A stretch of 64,000 nucleotides of DNA, from contig JAANOX010000256.1 in assembly GCA_020184695.1 (NCBI GenBank), positions 62,001 through 126,000 of the forward strand, given 5' to 3'. Below the pieces are notes generated by a model. The model saw nothing but the letters and a program-made list of their open reading frames with translations. It was not told the DNA's origin and searched no databases. A program made the translations under genes and the position numbers. Source of the DNA: Histomonas meleagridis 2922-C6/04-290x (Eukaryota > Protista > Parabasalia). Positions within the stretch are counted from its first letter, which is position 1, and each line of letters begins with the position of its first letter. This document shows positions 57,159 to 64,000 of the stretch, piece by piece.

Positions 57159-57740
57159 TTATATCATATATGATATTGAGTTATTATCTATAGAAAAATC
57201 GTTAAAAGCTTCGAAAAATTCTTCAAATTGAAATTCAAGATCATCCACATTTTGAGATTCTTGACTTTTTGGTTGTTCTTTTGGTATTGAAGCTTGGTTC
57301 TTAATAGTCTTTTCATACTTCTTTCGTCCTGGCTTCTTTGGTTCAGTTGTACCTTCCTTCTCTTTGCTTAAACGACGTTGAAGAACTTGGAATCTGTTCT
57401 TCACCATAATTTCTGTTCTTCCTTCAAGGAATTTGGAAATCTGTACCCACTTTGATCCGATTTCTTTGTATTTTTCCATCAGAAGTTCATCTTCTTCTGG
57501 TGTCCATTTACTTGTATTAATGTCTGGGCTTAAATAGTTGATCCAACGTTCTCTGCATTGTCTACTGTTACGCTTTTCCATCATTGATGCAATTAACAAC
57601 CAATCTGAATTACCATATTCTTCAACAAGTTGTGATAATCTGTAATCTTCTTCATGAGAAAATGGGTAACGTCTGTTGATTGTTCCATCCTTTGATGAAT
57701 AAGATTTTCTTTGTTTCATGCTTTTGCCCCTGCCTGGCAT
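57159..57740 (-). CDS. R2R3 Myb transcription factor
   Basis: FSHEEDYRL, RNSRQCRERW, WTPEEDELL, GRTEIMVKNRF. Confidence 0.93.
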   Translation of the reverse strand: MPGRGKSMKQRKSYSSKDGTINRRYPFSHEEDYRLSQLVEEYGNSDWLLIASMMEKRNSRQCRERWINYLSPDINTSKWTPEEDELLMEKYKEIGSKWVQISKFLEGRTEIMVKNRFQVLQRRLSKEKEGTTEPKKPGRKKYEKTIKNQASIPKEQPKSQESQNVDDLEFQFEEFFEAFNDFSIDNNSISYMI

Positions 57741-58715
57741 TGTGTCTGACAAATTATAAATGATGTATTAACTTTTTGGCCATATTACAACGAAAGCTAT
57801 CAAATCGGGTGGGCAACGGAAAACCGGAAATATTTTTTTATAGACACAAGATAAAGATTTTTAATTTTAAATATTTTGATTCAATATAAAAGAAATTTTA
57901 AATATTTCATTAAAAATAATTTTATTCATTAAATATCAAAATAAGTATATTTTTCATTTTCTGAAGTGATTTGTCGATTGCCAAATAAAAAATAAACCGC
58001 AATTTTTGAATGAGTTGACCAACAAACTGAAATTGAGGTCGTTTATTTATCAAATAATAATATTTCATTATAAAATCAATATTTTCTAATTTCATATAAT
58101 ATAAATGTTAAATCCATGCTATTTTAGATCTAAATCTATGCTGAATAGCTGATTTTATTATGGTAAAATGGAATATTCATATTTATTGATAAACTGTGTC
58201 AAATTGACACAAAACCAGTTTTTGATGGCAATGAACAAGTCACGCATGTTTTTGAAAAATATGAATATTTCATGCTAACCAAAATATTTTCATTTTTTTT
58301 CTTTTTTTAATATCATAAATAATATATTAATGATAAATAAAAATTATATTTTGATGAAATCTATTTTATGAAAAAATATTCGAATTTTATTTTTTAAATC
58401 AATTATTGAATCATTGATGAAGCGGTCCAAAAGCACGCGGTTGTTCTGAAATATCAACCGAACTATTCGATTATGTAACATTTTCCCTCTCCAATAAAAA
58501 ATAATAATTTCTGATGTTTTATATGATTTTATTCCTTCAAATGCATTTAAATTTTTATAAAATGTGAAAAATGAAAGATGTATATATACATTGCTGGAAT
58601 AATTTTTCTTTATATATATATTCATATTTATATTTATTATATATTTTAAAAGTTAATATTTATCAGAAAATACAGAAAATAAGACATTTTTATGAGATTA
58701 TAAAAAAACGCATAA

Positions 58716-59441
58716 TTATATATTTGAATCATTCTTGGTCAAAACATCTTTAACTGGTGCAGATCCATCATACCATACCATCCATATTCTTGTGCAAAAT
58801 ATTTTGTACAAGATCTTAACTAAATTTCGAAAATCAATATATCGAGTGGCAGAATAATAAAACGTCAGTTTCTTAAAATCAAATTGATATTCTGCTCCTG
58901 TTATTTCCATTGGGAGTCCAAGTTCTTGTGCCTTCGCTTGGCATATTTTTAATGCATTTTCTTCCATTTCAATTTTCTTTGGCAACTTGTCGATTTCAGC
59001 TTTTTCGGCTTTCCTGATAATCTGCCTAGCAGTCTTTGTATCTCTTTGTGATGGATTTTCGATCATTGCTAATATTTTTCCTATATCAACTCCACGATCA
59101 GCATCAATAATTACGTAATCTCCTATTTCCACGTCAAGGTCTCTATTGAAGTAGGTTACATTAATCCTATTTGGATGATATTGAACAGTACAATATGATG
59201 TTTTGTTTCCTCGCTTCATAAATGAGTTATTAACCCTTGAACCATCAAACATTCCCATGTATGGATTAATTTCTGGGGCAGAAGCAGCATATGTTTGGTC
59301 AAAATTAATTTGATCTTGAAAATGAGATGGTTCAAATGAAATAGAATCATCACCCCATACGTCTTTAAGTGTGTCTGGCAAAAGTGAGTACGAGCTATCT
59401 TGTTCTTCCGTTTCTTCCGTGAAGTCAGCCCAAACTGACAT
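58716..59441 (-). CDS. PSP1 C-terminal domain protein
   Basis: GDYVIIDADRGVDIG, AEYQFDFKKLTFYY, IDFRNLVK..F.TRIWM. Confidence 0.88.
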   Translation of the reverse strand: MSVWADFTEETEEQDSSYSLLPDTLKDVWGDDSISFEPSHFQDQINFDQTYAASAPEINPYMGMFDGSRVNNSFMKRGNKTSYCTVQYHPNRINVTYFNRDLDVEIGDYVIIDADRGVDIGKILAMIENPSQRDTKTARQIIRKAEKAEIDKLPKKIEMEENALKICQAKAQELGLPMEITGAEYQFDFKKLTFYYSATRYIDFRNLVKILYKIFCTRIWMVWYDGSAPVKDVLTKNDSNI

Positions 59442-59950
59442 TATGTAAAAACAGTTTTAATTTTGCGTCAGTTCGGATAAAAACTTTTTGATAAGGTTAA
59501 CTTCCAAAAAACGTCATAAAATGAAAATTGAATCGTCGTAAAAGCTACTTTTTCAAAGAATTTTTATCAGATTTTAACGGTGTTCTTTCAGGTAAGTTTG
59601 AATAAACCCAATAAATTACCGGTAAGGGTCTAAAGTTGCTCTATTAAGCAGAATTATGCCAATTTATTTAATTACTTAAACAAGAATGAAAGATTTGTAA
59701 AATCAGTAAAATAGATTTGGTCAAATTCATTGTGCAACATTTCTAGCATTTAATTTTTTTAATGTACTAAACAATGCGCTTTTAATCTTCAATGAAATAA
59801 TTTTATATAATCAATCAGATGAATAATAATTAATAGTGAAAAATTTATTATAATTTAAGAAATTATCAATATATATTAACCTTAAATAATTAGTGGTAAA
59901 TATATGATTAAATCCATTCGTTTTGCCAAAAATAGCAATAGTTTTACTTC

Positions 59951-59981
59951 AACCGCCAGAAAGGCGGTTTGGCCGTCCTTT
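59951..59981 (+). promoter_or_regulatory. Trichomonad M3 (inverted pair) + M5 core promoter of RPL27A
   Basis: AACCGCC-AGAAA-GGCGGTTT (M3 DRCSGYTD) then CCTTT (M5), 6 nt before the ATG. Confidence 0.7.
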
Positions 59982-59987
59982 TGCGAG

Positions 59988-60437
59988 ATGCCAACTCGTT
60001 TCAAGAAATCAAGGAAGCTTCGTGGTCAAGAATCCATGGGTTACGGTCGTGTTGGAAAGCACAGGAAGTCACCAGGAGGTTGTGGTAACGCAGGTGGTCA
60101 ACATCATCAAAGAACATGGTTCGATCGTTATCACCCAGGATACTTCGGCAAGGTCGGTATGAGAAGACTTCACATTTTCAAGTGCCGTGAATGGGAACCA
60201 ATCATCAATATTGACAAACTTTGGACATTAGTACCAGAAGAAGTTCGTAATCAAGCAGCTTCTAAGAAGGAAGGTGACGCAGTTCCAGTCATTGATTGTG
60301 TTGCCAATGGTTATTTCAAAGTTGTTGGACGCGGCGAACTCCCACAAATTCCATTAATTGTTCGTGCAAAGGATTTCTCACAATCTGCTGAAAAGAAGAT
60401 CAAAGCTGCAGGTGGCGCATGCGAAAAGGTTAAATAA
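59988..60437 (+). CDS. RPL27A: 60S ribosomal protein L27a (uL15)
   Basis: [44 protein letters not shown]. Confidence 0.97.
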   Translation: MPTRFKKSRKLRGQESMGYGRVGKHRKSPGGCGNAGGQHHQRTWFDRYHPGYFGKVGMRRLHIFKCREWEPIINIDKLWTLVPEEVRNQAASKKEGDAVPVIDCVANGYFKVVGRGELPQIPLIVRAKDFSQSAEKKIKAAGGACEKVK

Positions 60438-61831
60438 ATAAACAATTTTTACTTTTACCATAATCGAATTTTTGCGAATTCAAAGATTTCGCATTTATTT
60501 TTGTTTATTACTAAATTGCAATTCTTTCTTTTTTAATGATTCACATTCTTATTGCATTATTTAACTAATTTTGTTGAAACACTTCAAGTGATTTTTTCAC
60601 AGTGCATTTGATTTCTCTTGACGACAGCGTGAATGTTGGTAAACAACAAAGTTCTTATCGGATAATTTTTGTATCACAGTTTATATCAGAATTTACCAAA
60701 ATTTTGGATTCAGCCTTGGATTGTGATGAGCATTTATTATTATTGGTGAATAAATAGTATGCAAACATTTGTGATACCATTTCAGGATGCACTGTAGGTT
60801 AAATTACAATGCTACAGCTTTTATGGGTTGCACATGTACATGGATAGCAGCAATTCCAGTGTATCCACAAATTTTATTTTTTGGAAATTTTAATGGCGCT
60901 GCGGCAATAGCTGATATCAAAAACTTATCCATTCTAAATCAAAATAAGATAGGTGGCGAAGCTGAGTTTTTAGATGCAATATAGTCCACTTCCGTTGCCA
61001 TTGATTCCTCAGTTTACGTTTGTATAATAAGCTTTTTGAATCTTATTTTGGAAAAACAAATCTCTTTTCACAATAAACGATTTAACAAAAAATAATATTT
61101 TATTATCACATTTTAATATATTTATTATAGCTTAAATCCATTTGTCGTCATCTTCCGTTATCAACTAATTAAATTCATTGTTGACATCTTCGTGATTTCC
61201 TCTCGTATTTAATGACTTATTATTATTTATAATTGATAAAGATTTTATTTTCGTTGTTTGTTTCTTATTTCTATTAAACATAAATATATAACAAAACAAT
61301 TCCTCAATAAAAATAAAATATTTTATGATTTCGTGAGCATAAATGAATGATTTCTTCATTCCCACCTGCAACTCTATATTTATATGTATCTTCAACGCTT
61401 GCACTGTTCATAAGTAAATATTTAGATTATGCCCTTCCCTAATTAATTTCTCTTGTAATTCCCAATCATTCTCATAATTTGGTAAGGCACTTACAAAATC
61501 AAAGACTTTAATGAATATCTTGGAATTGATTGGGTTGTGTGGTCTGCATTACAAATTTGCATGAAAAAAAATAAATAATAAAGAAAAGGCTTTACTTAAA
61601 TTAAAAGTTTACAGGGCACTCAAAAAGTGTTACCACATAATGCCAATGCAAGTGATCGCCAATAAGTACATTTAATTAATAATATTAAACATATTGCTTA
61701 TATTTTTCAAAAGTTCTACATAAACAAAAGCACAATACTAAAATTAATGTTAGAAAATAACGTGGTGACTTTGAATACTAAAAATGATTCACATTTAGAA
61801 CACACTACATTTTATTAATTATTTATCTTAA

Positions 61832-63670
61832 TTACATTTGCTCAATGAATTTATCTTCTTTGAAGTCATCTGCAAATGGATCTTCTTCAATATTTGATGT
61901 AGATATTCCCGTTGTGAATGTGTTTGTGGTTTGGTTATCATTTTGTTGTTCTGAAATTTCATTTTCATCAATTTCTTCTTTTTTATTTTTAATTCGCATC
62001 AATAATATAATAAGTAATGAAATTATAATAATAACAGCAACAATAACACAAACGATTATTATGATAATTGTTGTTTTATTATCATTTGTTTGAAATTCAT
62101 TGTTATAAATAAATGTAAAGAAGTTCGAAAAATAAATATAATAAGTTGAATAAATAATAACTGTGTAATCATAATATATAAATTCTGTTTCAATATAAAC
62201 ATTTGATGAATTAATTGTATATAGTGAAAGTGATTTTGTTTGTATTTCATAATAAGTGAATGAATATGTAAATGATAATGTGACTGTTAACAGATATGAA
62301 AAAGATTTCTTTAAATCATTTTGAAATGATTCGGTAAATGTATTTGATTTTGCAAATGTATCAATACTGAATGCATGCGATTGAGAATATGTCTTTGACT
62401 GAGAATATGTGTTACTTTGACTGAATGTGTTTGACTGAGAATATGTGTTGCTACAACTGAATGTATGTGATGATGAAAATGAAAGTGTTGGAATTGCTTT
62501 GCAGTTTCCTTCTGCTGATTTGTCATTGACTGATAATGTTCCAAATGTCTTAGCGATATATGTTGCATATGTTATAACTGTTGTTGTAACATTATAAAAT
62601 GCATTTTCTTCAATATTCGGTTCGTTAGTTCCATAATAATAAATACATTCAAGTGCATTACAATTACCAAATGCTGAAACTCCAATTTCTGTTATTCCAT
62701 ACCCAAGTGTTAATATCATTAAATTAGAACAGAATGAAAACGCATAACCGCCAATGTTTGTGACTGAATTTGGAATTGTAATGTTTTTGATTGATGAACA
62801 TGATGAAAATGCTGAATCACCAATACCTGATATAGAATTACCAAAATTAACGGAAATAACTGATGACCATCCTGAAAATGCACCAATTGGAATTAGATAA
62901 ATTCCTTCACTAATATATATAAATTTCGTGTTGTCTTTATATTGTTCAATTTCTTCAAAATCACTTGAATTTGTTATTGTTAATGTTAAATTATGATCAT
63001 AAAATAATTGAAAAGAATTTATGAAAAATATAACAAAAATTAAAACATTTTTATGTTTTTTCTTTTCGTTTGTTTTCAATTCGTAGTTGGTCAATAAAAA
63101 TTTCTGTAGAAAAAGTGGTTTTTTCTGAAAAAAATTGATATAAACCACCACAATCATCATTGAAAAAATAGCGGTTAAACGAACGTAAGCATTGAATTTA
63201 AATGGTCGGTCTTTTTTATCGTTTTGCATCAACGAAAAACAAAGAAATTTACTCCGGATCAAAGATATATTCTCGTAACACATTTTAGTGGTTTGCTTTG
63301 ACATATTGTCTTCAATAAGCATACTGGTTAAAAAGGATTTATTTTGGGTAATTGTAAAATATGATACTGATAATTTTATTTTGTTATTAAATATTTGAAG
63401 CATAACTAATGTATGGTCTATTTCAGTCAAGAAATATAAAAACAAACTGGTTTTAAAGAAAATAGAATTGTTGCTAAATATATCAAAATTCTGGTTATGA
63501 ATTTCAAAGACTCGATCTTCTACATTGCACCCATGAATGATTCCTTCTTCGCTGAGGTTCTTTTTCATATTTGATATTTTTATAGTTGTAAGAAATGGGA
63601 TTTCTGGTATTGTAACGGTCGTAAATTGCTTTGTTATGCCCGAAATGAGCATCATTTGAAGAATTTTCAT
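61832..63670 (-). CDS. BspA-like TpLRR surface protein with unusual ~205-aa N-terminal extension
   Basis: IGDSAFSSC/IGGYAFSFC/IGVSAFGNC LRRs, SQSNT stalk, C-terminal TM, EEDPFADDF tail; true start uncertain. Confidence 0.8.
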   Translation of the reverse strand: MKILQMMLISGITKQFTTVTIPEIPFLTTIKISNMKKNLSEEGIIHGCNVEDRVFEIHNQNFDIFSNNSIFFKTSLFLYFLTEIDHTLVMLQIFNNKIKLSVSYFTITQNKSFLTSMLIEDNMSKQTTKMCYENISLIRSKFLCFSLMQNDKKDRPFKFNAYVRLTAIFSMMIVVVYINFFQKKPLFLQKFLLTNYELKTNEKKKHKNVLIFVIFFINSFQLFYDHNLTLTITNSSDFEEIEQYKDNTKFIYISEGIYLIPIGAFSGWSSVISVNFGNSISGIGDSAFSSCSSIKNITIPNSVTNIGGYAFSFCSNLMILTLGYGITEIGVSAFGNCNALECIYYYGTNEPNIEENAFYNVTTTVITYATYIAKTFGTLSVNDKSAEGNCKAIPTLSFSSSHTFSCSNTYSQSNTFSQSNTYSQSKTYSQSHAFSIDTFAKSNTFTESFQNDLKKSFSYLLTVTLSFTYSFTYYEIQTKSLSLYTINSSNVYIETEFIYYDYTVIIYSTYYIYFSNFFTFIYNNEFQTNDNKTTIIIIIVCVIVAVIIIISLLIILLMRIKNKKEEIDENEISEQQNDNQTTNTFTTGISTSNIEEDPFADDFKEDKFIEQM

Positions 63671-64000
63671 GCTTCAAGATCTAATATAGTTCAAGGCCTT
63701 TACTAAATACACATCGGCTAATACAAAAGTTAAAAACCACACGGTTATCAAGTAAAAAATTTGTTGTTTTCTTGAAGTTTTTCAATTTAACCTAAAATTC
63801 GTTTGTTTCAATATTTAAGGACACACAGAAAAGCTGTAATAAATGATTTTAAAGCACTTTTAAATAATATAATGAATGAATGCATGTGATAGAGCTGAAT
63901 TTGCTGATCAAAATGATATATATTTGTTTTTGGTAATCATTCCGCTTTATGTCTCGTTTGAGATATAACTTATATATGTATAACAATTTAAACAATGTTA

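Noticed and set aside
60640-61040. Short plus-strand ORF (60787-60984) as a gene
   Set aside because: Fragmentary and unrecognisable; at most a decayed remnant.
4843-61404. Short AT-rich ORFs (e.g. 4843, 17803, 32747, 37684, 43505, 58344, 61165)
   Set aside because: F/I/L/K/N/Y-biased chance ORFs in intergenic DNA.

Overview
Gene-dense, apparently intron-poor eukaryotic DNA from a parabasalid protist, probably a Tritrichomonas-like gut trichomonad. This is inferred from Inr/M3/M5 promoter motifs, BspA-like LRR genes, DUF3447-ankyrin genes and an IS481EU-type transposon. Blocks of conserved genes (BRF1, VPS26, SNU114, tRNA-Arg, importin-alpha-like, UBX, DnaJ, VAMP7-like, MFS, TRAPPC6-like, Nup2/50-like, ARPC4, Myb, RPL27A) alternate with very AT-rich islands of decaying ankyrin and BspA genes. 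Main signal: at four DUF3447-ankyrin loci, every ankyrin repeat is interrupted at the same point by a frame-breaking AT-rich spacer. It is 83 nt between the Lys and Thr codons in 18 of 20 cases, giving a 170-nt unit, and it lacks usable GT-AG ends. In the main array the coding modules stay open and vary at binding-surface positions, which suggests non-canonical processing. Also present: an IS481-like element with a 16-bp TSD, a 76-bp palindrome and a hairpin-rich region; two bacterial-type secreted proteins (Asp-box GH74-like; Bacteroidales Mfa2/DUF6562-like); and a Ras-bromodomain fusion. All family assignments are from motif recognition, not database searches.
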